Source: Bacteroidales bacterium | GTDB taxonomy: Bacteria > Bacteroidota > Bacteroidia > Bacteroidales > ML635J-15 | NCBI GenBank assembly: GCA_027858835.1 | Contig: JAQIBY010000102.1 | Span: 65,918-129,917 of the forward strand | DNA length: 64,000 nucleotides | Direction of reading: 5' to 3' | In this document: piece after piece, positions 1 to 10,705 of the stretch | How the letters are laid out: each line of letters starts with the position of its first letter | How positions within the stretch are numbered: the stretch's first letter is position 1 | The notes under the pieces: model-generated | Told to the model about the DNA's origin: nothing | The model's database searches: none | What the model saw: the letters and a program-made list of their open reading frames with translations, nothing else | Position numbers and translations under genes: made by a program

Positions 1-3000
1 AATTTAGCAACTGCACCAACCGGAGTTGATTTAGAAGCCTGACCACCTGTGTTGGAATAAACCTCAGTATCAAGTACGAGAATATTTACATCACGTCCTG
101 TTGCAATCACATGGTCGAGTCCGCCATAACCGATATCATTAGCCCAACCGTCACCTCCGATAATCCATACAGATTTTTTCACGAGATAATCTTTGTGCTT
201 AACAATCTGTTTAGCCGCTTCATCATTCATGCTTTCCATTTTTGCAAGCAATTCAGCACTTACAGCTTCAGACGCTTCAGTATCTTTCATGGAAGCAATC
301 CATTTCTCACCTAAGGCTTTAGTGTCAGCATCCCAGTTTGCTTCTTCAATCCAGATTTTAATTTTCTCCTGGACTTTCTCAATCCCGGTGGCAATACCAA
401 ACCCATATTCTGCATTATCTTCAAACAATGAATTTGCCCATGCAACCCCTTTTCCTGATTTGTAATTTGTGGTATAAGGAGTACTTGGTGCAGAACCGCC
501 GAAAATTGAAGAACAACCGGTTGCATTTGCAACGACCATACGTTCTCCAAAGAGTTGAGTTACTGCTTTAATATATGGAGTTTCTCCACAACCTGCGCAC
601 GCACCGGAGAATTCAAACAATGGTTGTGCAAACTGCGAGTTTTTAACGGATTTTTCTTTTGGTAATACCGTGTCTTTATAACCCACCTTTTCATCCATGT
701 ATTTGAAACGATCAGCTTCTTCCATTTGGGTAGCAAGCGGTTTCATGTCAAGGGCTTTGGTTTTCGCTGGACAAACATCCACACAGTTTCCGCAACCGGT
801 ACAATCCAATGGAGTTACCTGCATGACAAATTTGAATTCCTTAGTTTTTCCAATGCCTTGAATTGCACGTGTTCCTTTAGGTGCATTTTCAAGTTCTTCT
901 TCAGTGAGAAGGAAAGGACGAATTGCAGCGTGTGGACAAACATATGCACATTGATTACACTGAATACAGTTATCTTCAATCCATTCGGGAACATTCACGG
1001 CAATACCGCGCTTTTCCCATTTAGTAGTTCCTGCAGGGAAAGAACCGTCTTCGCGTCCGACAAATGTTGAAACAGGAAGATCATCACCCATTTGAGCATT
1101 CATAACATCAGCAACGGTTTTAACAAATTCGGGTGCATCTTCAAATGAAAATGGATGGAATTTTTCAGAATCGATTGATTTCCATTCGGCAGGAATTTCA
1201 ACTTTGGTCACATCACCGCCACGGTCAACCGCTTTATTGTTCATATTAACAACGTCTTCACCTTTACGTCCAAATGATTTTACAATCATTTTTTTCATTT
1301 CTTCAACCGCTTTGTCGTAAGGTATTACTTCAGAAATTTTAAAGAAAGAAGACTGCATAATTGTATTGGTACGATTACCAAGACCAATTTCTTCAGCAAT
1401 TTCTGTTGCATTGATAATATAGAATTTGATATTTTTCTCAGCCAGAGCTTTCTTCATGTAATCCGGCAAACGTTTTTTGGTTTCTTCTGCATCCCAAATT
1501 GAGTTCAAGAGGAAGGTTCCTCCTTCTTTGATTCCACGCAACATGTCGTAACGCTCAAGATATGCAGGTACGTGACATGCAACAAAATCAGGAGTAGTTA
1601 CCAAATATGGGGAACGAATCGGGTGATCACCGAAACGGAGGTGAGACGCAGTAAATCCGCCGGATTTTTTGGAATCATATGCAAAATAAGCCTGACAGAA
1701 TTTATCGGTTGTATTTCCAATAATTTTGATGCTATTTTTGTTTGCACCAACGGTACCATCAGAGCCCAATCCAAAGAATTTCGCTTCATAAGTTCCTTCA
1801 GAAACAACAGAAACTTCAGGGGTTAATGGTAATGATTTGAATGAAACATCATCAACAATACCAACGGTAAAGTCATTTTTCGGTTCCGCCATTTTTAAAT
1901 TATCATACACACTAATCAACATTGCAGGCGTGGTATCTTTTGATGACAATCCGTAACGACCACCAACGATTAACGGTTGATGTTCTTTTCCGTAGAAAAT
2001 ATTTTTCACGTCGAGATACAACGGTTCACCTTCTGCACCGATTTCTTTTGTGCGGTCAAGCACAGCAATACGTTTTACTGTTTCGGGCATTGCTTTCAAG
2101 AAATATTTTGCAGAGAATGGACGATACAGATGAACTGCAATTACACCGACTTTTTCCCCTTTTTTGACGAGACTGTCAACAACTTCACGTAAAGTATCAG
2201 TTACAGAACCCATTGCAATCACAACATTTTCAGCATCTTTCGCACCATAGTATCCGAAAGGATGATATTCACGACCTGTCATTTTTGTAATTTCCTGCAT
2301 ATAAGATTCTACGACATCAGGAATTTCATCATAAAAGTTGTTGACAACTTCACGTGACTGGAAATATACGTCAGGATTTTGTGCAGTACCACGTGTTACG
2401 GCATGTTCAGGATTCAGTGAATTATCTCTGAATTGCTGAATTTTATCCATATCCACGAGTTTTGCCATATCCTCATTCTCGAAATACTCAACTTTCTGGA
2501 TTTCATGTGAGGTCCGAAAACCATCAAAGAAATGCAAGAAAGGGATACGAGTTTTTATGGATGCCAAATGCGCGATTGGAGCAATGTCCATAATTTCCTG
2601 AACACTACCGGTAGCTAACATTGCAAAACCAGTCATGCGACAGCTCATCACATCACTATGATCACCAAAAATTGACAAAGCCTGTGCTGCAATACTCCGT
2701 GCTGATACATGAAAAACCCCGGGTAATAATTCACCGGAAATTTTATACATGTTCGGAATCATCAACAACAGTCCCTGTGATGCAGTATAGGTTGATGTCA
2801 AAGCACCAGCCTGAAGTGCACCATGGACAGCGCCGGCAGCACCAGCCTCTGATTGCATTTCTTCAACCTGAACGGTTTGATTAAAAATATTTTTTCTTCC
2901 TCCTGCTGCCCACTCATCAACATATTCTGCCATGTTGGATGATGGGGTAATCGGATAAATACATGCGACTTCGCTAAACATGTAAGCAACGTGTGCTGCT

Positions 3001-3044
3001 GCCATATTTCCTTCGCAAGTCATGAATTTCTTAGTTTTACTCAT
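1..3044 (-). CDS. nifJ: pyruvate:ferredoxin (flavodoxin) oxidoreductase, 3' end cut by window edge
   Basis: Not in the ORF track because the frame never reaches a stop inside the window. The reverse-strand ATG at 3042-3044 gives MSKTKKFMTCEGNMAAAHVAYMFSEVACIYPITPSS... The same frame is still open at position 1 and reads ...YSNTGGQASKSTPVGAVAKF, typical of the PFOR TPP-binding region. About 1014 codons are present; the expected length of roughly 1170-1190 is from memory. Confidence 0.9.
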   Translation of the reverse strand, partial: MSKTKKFMTCEGNMAAAHVAYMFSEVACIYPITPSSNMAEYVDEWAAGGRKNIFNQTVQVEEMQSEAGAAGAVHGALQAGALTSTYTASQGLLLMIPNMYKISGELLPGVFHVSARSIAAQALSIFGDHSDVMSCRMTGFAMLATGSVQEIMDIAPIAHLASIKTRIPFLHFFDGFRTSHEIQKVEYFENEDMAKLVDMDKIQQFRDNSLNPEHAVTRGTAQNPDVYFQSREVVNNFYDEIPDVVESYMQEITKMTGREYHPFGYYGAKDAENVVIAMGSVTDTLREVVDSLVKKGEKVGVIAVHLYRPFSAKYFLKAMPETVKRIAVLDRTKEIGAEGEPLYLDVKNIFYGKEHQPLIVGGRYGLSSKDTTPAMLISVYDNLKMAEPKNDFTVGIVDDVSFKSLPLTPEVSVVSEGTYEAKFFGLGSDGTVGANKNSIKIIGNTTDKFCQAYFAYDSKKSGGFTASHLRFGDHPIRSPYLVTTPDFVACHVPAYLERYDMLRGIKEGGTFLLNSIWDAEETKKRLPDYMKKALAEKNIKFYIINATEIAEEIGLGNRTNTIMQSSFFKISEVIPYDKAVEEMKKMIVKSFGRKGEDVVNMNNKAVDRGGDVTKVEIPAEWKSIDSEKFHPFSFEDAPEFVKTVADVMNAQMGDDLPVSTFVGREDGSFPAGTTKWEKRGIAVNVPEWIEDNCIQCNQCAYVCPHAAIRPFLLTEEELENAPKGTRAIQGIGKTKEFKFVMQVTPLDCTGCGNCVDVCPAKTKALDMKPLATQMEEADRFKYMDEKVGYKDTVLPKEKSVKNSQFAQPLFEFSGACAGCGETPYIKAVTQLFGERMVVANATGCSSIFGGSAPSTPYTTNYKSGKGVAWANSLFEDNAEYGFGIATGIEKVQEKIKIWIEEANWDADTKALGEKWIASMKDTEASEAVSAELLAKMESMNDEAAKQIVKHKDYLVKKSVWIIGGDGWANDIGYGGLDHVIATGRDVNILVLDTEVYSNTGGQASKSTPVGAVAK

Positions 3045-3370
3045 GTCTGTTCGGATATTAATTACACATTAAATAATTCGTTCATTAAAACATTCCCAAC
3101 TAATATTTTGGGACTGCTAAATTAACAGAATTAAATGGTTTTCAAGCATTATTTTATGTGTTTTGCAATACTTAGTACTAACTTAAAACAGGTCTAAACA
3201 AGCAAACATGCTAAACTTATATTTCAGGATAGTTTTTATTGCTAAATCAAAGGTTTTTAACGCTATGAAGTTGAAAACTCATAAATAATTAAGAAAATTT
3301 TAAATGATTTTCTAAAAAATTGCACCGATTTTTGCACTTCCTGCGTTAATAGGAAAAACATATTTAATAA

Positions 3371-4000
3371 ATGAAATTACTGAAAACATATTTATTGCTT
3401 ATCATACTTTCCTCACCTGTGTTTGCCACTAGCTTAATGGCACAGCAAGATAGTTTGGTTTTTGAAAACCGTCTCAGAGTTTCAACCGGTTATATGCAGA
3501 GCAATTTTTTCCGTTTTCGGGAACCTGAGCAATCTGTAAATATCAAAAATGGAATTGCCAGAGAAATTGGATTCACTTACTCCTATCCTATGGATGATAA
3601 ACTGGCTTTGGGCTTTGGCTTATCTTATCTGACAACAACAAATCAAGCATATAAATATTTGACTAAAAGCAGCCTGAGAACATCGGAGTTTAGCTTAGAT
3701 TTTGAACAAACTTCTGAATTAGTTTATTTACCTGTCTTTTTGCAGCACAATTTTACTGATTGGTTCGCCATAAAAATGGGGGTGTCCATAGAAATTGCCG
3801 TTGCAAGCACTGATTATTATAATCAAAACGGGTTAGGCTTTTTTGGGAGCACTGTCTTTCATTACATGCCAAATAATCGGCTTGACATTGGTTTTGAACC
3901 CATGGTACATGCTACCGCAATGTTACCAATTCCACAAGAATTTTACCAACAACACATTTTGTTATTTGGGGCAAATGCTTATGTTGCTGTCCATTTCTAA
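3371..4000 (+). CDS. outer-membrane beta-barrel (porin-family) protein
   Basis: Signal peptide (LLLIILSSPVFATSLMAQQ), alternating hydrophobic pattern rich in G/Y/F, C-terminal aromatic residue (..AVHF) typical of OMP barrels. No specific family recognised. Confidence 0.55.
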   Translation: MKLLKTYLLLIILSSPVFATSLMAQQDSLVFENRLRVSTGYMQSNFFRFREPEQSVNIKNGIAREIGFTYSYPMDDKLALGFGLSYLTTTNQAYKYLTKSSLRTSEFSLDFEQTSELVYLPVFLQHNFTDWFAIKMGVSIEIAVASTDYYNQNGLGFFGSTVFHYMPNNRLDIGFEPMVHATAMLPIPQEFYQQHILLFGANAYVAVHF

Positions 4001-4519
4001 TTTGCTGATTTTTTCGCATTTCGACCTTCCATCCAATGATAAATTGTCGGTAAAACAAATAATGTCAACAATCTGGCACGAACAGAAATAAAATTTGTTT
4101 TTGCCAGTTGATATTCTGCCCGAATTGACTCCATTTCAGACTAATTTGTAATTCCTTTTCCTGCAAGTTCTTCATTTCTGTCTAATCTGCCTTTTTGATA
4201 TTGCAAATTTGAATTTCCTTGTAAGAAATCTGACAACAATTGTCCGTATTCCAAACTTTCAATTTTGATAATAAATCAGTTCTGGATTTGCTAATCCGGA
4301 TTGTGATTTCCAAGCATTTTTTACTTGCTCGGTTTCAGCATTTAATCGATTAAGTTCCGGATTCATTTCCATAGAAAGTGACAAAGCCTTATCTAAACTT
4401 AATATTTCCTTTTCATCATGATTATCAGATTGTGCAAAGTTGAAATTTGCAAATCCGAAAAACAAAAAGACAATCAGAACCTTTAAAAATATTGTTGCAT
4501 AATTATTAATTTGCTTTTT
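3997..4519 (-). pseudogene. decayed TolC/CzcC-family outer-membrane efflux protein remnant
   Basis: The track ORF 4259-4648 contains a signal-like segment plus a TolC-type N-terminus (LSLDKALSLSMEMNPELNRLNAETEQVKNAWKSQSGLANPEL). After its stop the homology continues in another frame (SLEYGQLLSDFLQGNSNLQYQKGRLDRNEELAGKGITN). An in-frame TAG follows at 4141-4143, then SEMESIRAEYQLAKTNFISVRARL. Total length is roughly 170 aa against the 420-480 aa I recall for intact family members, and there is no well-placed start codon. Confidence 0.45.
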
Positions 4520-4627
4520 AAAATAACATTTTAAAAAGACAAAAGTTTTACCAAATTGTTTAATAAAAAAAACATCACATATTAAAGTAATATTTATTAT
4601 CTTTACCATAGAAAAGTCAAGTTTAAT

Positions 4628-6382
4628 ATGCGTTTTAGGGGAGACCAAACATATATTGGGGAGGAAGGTCGTCTTACAATAAAAATGGCTCGTGTAGGCA
4701 TTATTGCCGGATTATTGATATACGGACTTTTTGGCATTATTGATCCTTTCATGGTTCCCAGCCAATTTAAAACCATCTGGTTAATCCGGTTTGGGTTTGT
4801 CATTCCATCAATTCTAATTGTTTTTGCCTTCACTTATACAAAACAATTTCCACTGCTTGCAAAACTCATATTAAAAACGCTTTTATTCATTGGAGAAATC
4901 GGGATTCTTGCAATGATATACATCGCAAAACCAAATGAAGGCGCTTTTCTGGCATATTATGCAGGGCTGATACTCGTCATATTATGGTCAGGATTTATTT
5001 TCCGTTTCAGCTTTGCAGAATCAACATTTTATTTTATTTCCATACTTATATTCTATAATGCCATTGCGCTGTTCAAACAAAATATTTTATCGTACGACAC
5101 AAGTTCGCTTGAATATGGGTGGTATATCGGAAACAATTTCTTCCTGGCTGCAACCGGGATTTTAGCACTGATAGGCACAAATCATTTAGATAATTATTTT
5201 AACGAATTAAGAAATAAAAACACCCAGCTAATATCAGATCAAGAAGCGCTTGAAACCGCAAAAAACAAAGCACAAGAAAGCGACAAATTGAAAACTGCCT
5301 TTTTAACAAATATGAGTCATGAAATAAGAACTCCGATGAATGGCATCATTGGGTTTTCAGAATTATTTGTGGACAATGAATCAACGGAGGAAGATAAGGC
5401 ACATTACGCTAAGATTGTTATTAATAGTGGAAAACAGCTATTGCGAATTGTAAATGACATTCTGGATTTATCCAAAATTGAAACGAATCAGGTCAGCATA
5501 CAGAAACGCACTAAAGATTTGCGTATCGGATTTAAACACACATATGAAGTTTTTAACAGAATATGTAATGAAAAAGGCTTAGAATTAATTGCTGATTTTT
5601 CTGAAAATGAAGCATGTTACATTAACACAGACCACACTAGGCTGTTTCAGGTAATAAATAATCTACTGGAAAATGCCATTAAATTCACCAGTACAGGACA
5701 GATTAAATTTGGATATAAATCAAAAGATAAAGAACTGCTAATATTTGTTAAGGACTCAGGGATAGGCATATCCGAAGATTATCAGGATTTAATTTTCGAA
5801 CGGTTTCGTCAATTAGAAACCAGTCAAACACGCATGTATAGTGGAACCGGACTGGGCTTATCAATATCCAAACAATTAATTTTACTCCTAAACGGCAAAT
5901 TATGGCTTGAATCAAAAGAAAATAAAGGAAGCACTTTTTTTATTTCCTTACCTCCGTGCGAAAATTCTTATATTGACCATCAAAATAACAAACGGAAAAC
6001 AAGAACCTTAAGCCTAAAAAGTGAAAAACATATTCTTATTGCTGAAGACGAGGACAATAATTTTCTGCTATTAAAAATTTATTTAAAAAATACTTTTACA
6101 AAAATTGGTCATGCAAAAGATGGAAAACAAGCCATTGAATACGTAAAAAATCACAAGGATATCGATTTAATCCTTATGGATATTAAAATGCCAAATATTA
6201 ATGGTGTAGAAGCAATGCAGGAAATTCGCAAAACAAACAGCAACATCCCAATTATTGCCCAAACCGCATTTGTAATGGCAGATGACAAACGCAAATTAAT
6301 GGGATATGGTTTTGATGATTACATCCCAAAGCCTATTGAATCAAAAGTTTTATTTGATATGCTAAATGACTATCTCGCGTAA
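4628..6382 (+). CDS. hybrid sensor histidine kinase / response regulator
   Basis: N-terminal multi-TM region, coiled linker, HisKA H-box (FLTNMSHEIRTPMNGIIGF), HATPase_c N and G boxes (LLENAIKFT, DSGIGI, GTGLGLSI), C-terminal REC domain (ILIAEDEDNN...LILMDIKMP...TA). The start could instead be the internal Met at 4685. Confidence 0.9.
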   Translation: MRFRGDQTYIGEEGRLTIKMARVGIIAGLLIYGLFGIIDPFMVPSQFKTIWLIRFGFVIPSILIVFAFTYTKQFPLLAKLILKTLLFIGEIGILAMIYIAKPNEGAFLAYYAGLILVILWSGFIFRFSFAESTFYFISILIFYNAIALFKQNILSYDTSSLEYGWYIGNNFFLAATGILALIGTNHLDNYFNELRNKNTQLISDQEALETAKNKAQESDKLKTAFLTNMSHEIRTPMNGIIGFSELFVDNESTEEDKAHYAKIVINSGKQLLRIVNDILDLSKIETNQVSIQKRTKDLRIGFKHTYEVFNRICNEKGLELIADFSENEACYINTDHTRLFQVINNLLENAIKFTSTGQIKFGYKSKDKELLIFVKDSGIGISEDYQDLIFERFRQLETSQTRMYSGTGLGLSISKQLILLLNGKLWLESKENKGSTFFISLPPCENSYIDHQNNKRKTRTLSLKSEKHILIAEDEDNNFLLLKIYLKNTFTKIGHAKDGKQAIEYVKNHKDIDLILMDIKMPNINGVEAMQEIRKTNSNIPIIAQTAFVMADDKRKLMGYGFDDYIPKPIESKVLFDMLNDYLA

Positions 6383-7167
6383 GCGTTTTTGTCAAGGATT
6401 TTAAACGAATCCCTATCATTCAGCACCGGAAATTTTTCACGAAAAACCGCTAAATCAGATTTTTTAATTTGCACATCGCAATATGCTTCCTGATAATCAG
6501 CACAGGTCGCAAGTTTATTTCCTTTGGCATCAATTAAAACACTATCACCGGCGTAATTTAAGCCCATACCGTCTTTGCCAACCCGATTTACACCGGCAAC
6601 AAAACACTGATTTTCCAATGCACGTGCTTTCAGTAAAGTCGTCCAAACATCACGACGGGAATCTGGCCAATTTGCTACATAGAGCAGCAAATCATAACTA
6701 TGGATATTACGACTCCACACAGGAAAACGCAAATCATAACAAATTAAAGGCATGATTTTCCAATCTTTATACTCAACAATTAATCGCTTATCTCCGGCAG
6801 CATAATAATGATGCTCCTCTCCCATGGTAAAGAGATGCCGCTTGTCATAATACTCACATTCATCATTTGGTTTAATGAACACCAGGCGATTATAATATTT
6901 TTTTCGGTCACGGATAACCAAAGAGCAAATAATTGCCGTATCCGACTTATCGGCAAGTTGCTGCAATGCATTAACGGATTCGCCCGGCCAGACTTGAGCA
7001 ACATTTTGCACAGCCATGGTAAATCCACTTGAAAACATTTCGGGGCAAATCAACAAATCAACACCTGAAAGATCATCAGCCATATCATTGAGCTTCTGCA
7101 AATTCGCATTTGCAGCCTGCCATTTCAAATCAGCCTGAAACAATCGTATATTTAATTTATTGCTCAT
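6370..7167 (-). CDS. carbon-nitrogen hydrolase family protein (YafV/omega-amidase-like)
   Basis: Nitrilase-superfamily Glu-Lys-Cys context (LICPEMF, YDKRHLF, PLICYDLRFP). The start is taken at MSNKLNIRLFQ (ATG 7165-7167) rather than the longer track ORF. Confidence 0.8.
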   Translation of the reverse strand: MSNKLNIRLFQADLKWQAANANLQKLNDMADDLSGVDLLICPEMFSSGFTMAVQNVAQVWPGESVNALQQLADKSDTAIICSLVIRDRKKYYNRLVFIKPNDECEYYDKRHLFTMGEEHHYYAAGDKRLIVEYKDWKIMPLICYDLRFPVWSRNIHSYDLLLYVANWPDSRRDVWTTLLKARALENQCFVAGVNRVGKDGMGLNYAGDSVLIDAKGNKLATCADYQEAYCDVQIKKSDLAVFREKFPVLNDRDSFKILDKNAYAR

Positions 7168-7711
7168 AATGCGGATTAAAATTTTCGGGATGCTTTGCCG
7201 TAACACCAATAAAATCTTTTTTTAATGTATTGATAAAATCCAAATCATTAGGAATGCTTTCATACATATTTGCTAAACCCATAGTTTTCCTCTTATAATC
7301 CATTTTCCCAAGCACGAGTGGAACATTGGCTTTTTTTGCAATTCGCAGCGCACCGGTTTTCCATTTCTCAACTGGCTTACGCGTTGCTTCAGGCGTAATT
7401 ACAAGTGTGAACTCATCAGCTTCTTCAAAATATTTCAGCATTTGTTCAACAAGCCCCACGGGATGTTTTCGATACACCGGAACACCACCCAATGCTTTCA
7501 ATAACGGACTCAAATACCAAGTAAACATTTCTGATTTGATGAGGATTCGCGGCTTAATTCCTTGTGTCATAAAATACAATTTCCCCCACACAAAATCCCA
7601 CATACTGGTATGCGGCGCCATAATACAAATCGATTTTTTTATCGCAGGATATTGATCGGAAATCTGCCATCCGGATAATTTGAGAATTAAGCGTGCAAAT
7701 CGTTTTTTCAT
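7157..7711 (-). CDS. 1-acyl-sn-glycerol-3-phosphate acyltransferase family protein
   Basis: HX4D acyltransferase motif (APHTSMWD) and PEATR-type motif (ITPEATRK). 4-nt overlap with the upstream yigZ-like gene. Confidence 0.75.
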   Translation of the reverse strand: MKKRFARLILKLSGWQISDQYPAIKKSICIMAPHTSMWDFVWGKLYFMTQGIKPRILIKSEMFTWYLSPLLKALGGVPVYRKHPVGLVEQMLKYFEEADEFTLVITPEATRKPVEKWKTGALRIAKKANVPLVLGKMDYKRKTMGLANMYESIPNDLDFINTLKKDFIGVTAKHPENFNPHYEQ

Positions 7712-8319
7712 AAGACAGTTAAATCAATTTCATGTGCATCCTCAAATCGCTGAATAATATGATCTGCATCTCGTAAACGCACACCGAGCTCCATCTTACA
7801 ATCCACAGCAAAATCACGTGTAACCACTTCCAAATTTGCATCATTTATAAGCCTGCTCACCTGATCCATCATTGGATAATCAAAACGTATTTTGAAATAT
7901 TTCATTTGATAATGCGTCTCAATCTGCGCAGCACTCAAGGCTTCATAAGCAGCTGTTTTATAGGCATTAATCAAGCCGGGAACTCCGAGCTTAGTTCCGC
8001 CGAAATATCGCACAACAACAAGAAGAACATTTGTTAATTCAAAAGAGCGAATCTGTCCTAGCACAGGAGCTCCACTTGAATTTGAAGGTTCCCCATCATC
8101 ACTAGCCCGATAAGTTTTCCCATCAGAACCCATAATAAATGCATATACATGGTGTCTGGCATCGTGATGAGATTTTCGCAATTCATACTGATGAAACTTC
8201 ACCTCTTCTTCTGTTTTTACGGGAAAAGCAAAAGCATGGAACTTACTGCCTCTATCTTTAAAAAAACCACTGGATTTTGATTTTATACTTTTGTATATAT
8301 CGCTATTATCACTCATCAT
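7708..8319 (-). CDS. YigZ / IMPACT-family protein
   Basis: UPF0029 signature (ASDDGEPSNSSGAPVLGQI ... VVVRYFGGTKLGVPGLINAY). The start is set at MMSDNS, where its ATG overlaps the TGA of the upstream EamA gene (ATGA coupling). Confidence 0.8.
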   Translation of the reverse strand: MMSDNSDIYKSIKSKSSGFFKDRGSKFHAFAFPVKTEEEVKFHQYELRKSHHDARHHVYAFIMGSDGKTYRASDDGEPSNSSGAPVLGQIRSFELTNVLLVVVRYFGGTKLGVPGLINAYKTAAYEALSAAQIETHYQMKYFKIRFDYPMMDQVSRLINDANLEVVTRDFAVDCKMELGVRLRDADHIIQRFEDAHEIDLTVL

Positions 8320-9182
8320 TTCGTAATATACAATACTGCAATTGCCACAATACATGTTATAAGTCCGATCCAATTTAAGCGGGTTAATCGCTCTTTGAAA
8401 AAGACAAAGCCAATCATCGCAGACAAGGCAATGATTCCGATATTATTAATTCCAAAAATAACGGAACTGTCAAATACTTTTGAATTCAGGGCACGAATCA
8501 AGAAATAAATGGATCCATAATTAACAATCCCAAGCCCAGCGCCAAGAGCAAGAAGCCGCGGATTTTTAAATGCTCTAAAGGTTTTTGGTCTTGTCAGCAT
8601 GATAATTATTCCTACCAAAAACGAAACGGAAAACAATAAGGCAGTAAACACACTTGATATTTCATCATTAACATGAGTTTCCTGTGCATATTTCACAAGT
8701 GAATCTACACATCCCATTCCAAGAAAAAGAATTATTGGCACCCAAAACTGTTTGCTGAGTTTTCCGTCTTTTCGTTTTTTATAAACTGCCAGAACTAAGC
8801 CCAATAAAGCTAATATTAAACCAAAAACCTTGATATTTGTAACAGGCTCATTAAAATAAATAATTGAAAACAGAATTGGGATAACAACCGACATTTTACT
8901 CGCCAGTGTTGTCAATGACATTCCGCTAACAATTGATGAATAGCCAATAACAAAGAACATCAGAATAAAAAGCACTCCGATTATAATGGCCAAAGGTGCC
9001 CAATCTGCATTAAAAATTTCCGTGACCATAGCCCGATTTGGGGAAATTGCAAACCCCAGTAATCCGGCGACCAGATAATTAATAACAATACCATTTAAGT
9101 TTGGTAATTTGTATTTATCGAACAATTTGAAGAATACAAAGATTCCGGTTGCTGACAATATGGTTAATAGTACCCAAATCAT
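8316..9182 (-). CDS. EamA/DMT-family transporter
   Basis: About 10 predicted TM helices in two similar halves, 288 aa, typical DMT length and topology. Confidence 0.7.
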   Translation of the reverse strand: MIWVLLTILSATGIFVFFKLFDKYKLPNLNGIVINYLVAGLLGFAISPNRAMVTEIFNADWAPLAIIIGVLFILMFFVIGYSSIVSGMSLTTLASKMSVVIPILFSIIYFNEPVTNIKVFGLILALLGLVLAVYKKRKDGKLSKQFWVPIILFLGMGCVDSLVKYAQETHVNDEISSVFTALLFSVSFLVGIIIMLTRPKTFRAFKNPRLLALGAGLGIVNYGSIYFLIRALNSKVFDSSVIFGINNIGIIALSAMIGFVFFKERLTRLNWIGLITCIVAIAVLYITK

Positions 9183-9242
9183 AATTTTTCAATAAAATAA
9201 ATTTCAAAGATAAAAAAAGCGTAAAACCGCTCGTTTAATCCT

Positions 9243-9269
9243 AAAAAAAAAAGAGGCCGAAGCCTCCTT
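9243..9269 (-). terminator. intrinsic terminator after dnaA
   Basis: On the minus strand, hairpin AAGGAGGC-ttcg-GCCTCTT followed by a run of 9 T (plus-strand A-run 9243-9251). Confidence 0.6.
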
Positions 9270-9277
9270 ATAACTTT

Positions 9278-10705
9278 TTACATTTTCAACTTTTTATCAA
9301 TTTCTTCGATATAATATTTAAATCGTTTATCGGTATCCATCAGGTTATTGACAGTTTTGCAAGCGTGTAAAACTGTTGCATGATCTTTTCCTCCTATGTT
9401 TGCTCCTATTGATGCAAGGGATGATTTTGTCATGCTTTTTGCAAAATACATCGCAATTTGTCTTGCCTGTACAACTTCCCGTTTTCTGGTTTTAGAATTC
9501 AATTTTTCAACACTCATATTAAAGTAATTACAAACTACTTTTTGAATGTAATCAATAGAAATTTCGCGTCGTGAATTTTTCACAAGCTTATCAATCATTT
9601 GCTTAGCAAGTTCGAGCGTAATTTCCTTGCGATTAAGCGTTGATTGCGCAAGAATGGAAATTAATGCACCTTCGAGTTCCCGAATATTAGATGTAATATG
9701 AGAAGCAATATATTCTAAAATTTCATCATCAATATTAATTCCATCCTGATAGGATTTCATTTTCAGGATTTCGATTCGTGTTTTAAAATCCGGCTCCTGC
9801 ACATCGGCGGAAAGGCCCCATTTAAAGCGGCTCAATAAGCGTTCATCCAAACCTTGCAATTCAACGGGTGATTTATCAGATGTTAATATCACCTGTTTTC
9901 CCAGTTGATGTAGATGATTAAAGATATGGAAAAACACATCTTGGGTCCCGATTTTGGTTGCAAAATATTGCACATCATCAACGATAAGTACATCAATCAT
10001 TTGATAGAAATGCACAAAATCGTTTCGGTTATTTTTTCTAATTGCTTCAGCGTACTGTGTTTGGAATCTCGAAGAATCGACATAAAGCACGATTTTCTCC
10101 GGGAATTGTTTTTTGACTTCGATACCGATTGCTTGTGCCAAATGTGTTTTCCCCAGACCATTTCCCCCATAAACAAAAAGCGGATTAAAGGCAGTCCCTC
10201 CGGGCTTACTTGCTACGGCGAATCCGGCAGATCTGGCTAAACGGTTACACTCACCTTCCACAAAATTATCAAATGAATTTTCTGGTTTCAGTTGCGGATC
10301 AACATGCATTTTTTTCAATCCGGGAATAATAAACGGATTTTTAATGGATGCAGTATCCTTATCAACAGGCAAATGCAAAGGACGATTAGATAAATTCGGT
10401 TTTCCACTTGTCGGCATTTTAACGGTATATGCTTGTTTATTATATCCGTTATCTCCCATCACAACGTGATATTCAAGTTTAACTCCCGACCCAATTACTT
10501 TTGTCAATGTCTTGCGCAGCAAATCAATGTATTGCTCCTCAAGAAATTCATAAAAGAATGTACTGGGAACCTGAATCGTCAACACGTTATCCTCCAGCTT
10601 CAGTGGCACAATCGGCTCAAACCATGTACGATAGCTTGCCTTCGACACATTATCTTTGATAATTTGCAGGCATTCTTTCCATGCTATTTCTACAGTTTTT
10701 ACCAT
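9278..10705 (-). CDS. dnaA: chromosomal replication initiator protein DnaA
   Basis: AAA+ Walker A (GGNGLGKTHL), Walker B (LIVDDVQ), sensor region, and the C-terminal DnaA signature helix (IGGKDHATVLHA). Confidence 0.97.
   Translation of the reverse strand: MVKTVEIAWKECLQIIKDNVSKASYRTWFEPIVPLKLEDNVLTIQVPSTFFYEFLEEQYIDLLRKTLTKVIGSGVKLEYHVVMGDNGYNKQAYTVKMPTSGKPNLSNRPLHLPVDKDTASIKNPFIIPGLKKMHVDPQLKPENSFDNFVEGECNRLARSAGFAVASKPGGTAFNPLFVYGGNGLGKTHLAQAIGIEVKKQFPEKIVLYVDSSRFQTQYAEAIRKNNRNDFVHFYQMIDVLIVDDVQYFATKIGTQDVFFHIFNHLHQLGKQVILTSDKSPVELQGLDERLLSRFKWGLSADVQEPDFKTRIEILKMKSYQDGINIDDEILEYIASHITSNIRELEGALISILAQSTLNRKEITLELAKQMIDKLVKNSRREISIDYIQKVVCNYFNMSVEKLNSKTRKREVVQARQIAMYFAKSMTKSSLASIGANIGGKDHATVLHACKTVNNLMDTDKRFKYYIEEIDKKLKM

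Noticed and set aside
4259-4648. Track ORF 4259-4648 (-, 129 aa) as an intact small gene
   Set aside because: Its N-terminal 40 residues are AT-rich read-through of the histidine kinase promoter region. The remainder is only the first ~80 aa of a TolC-type protein, whose homology continues out of frame downstream. It is treated as part of a pseudogene.
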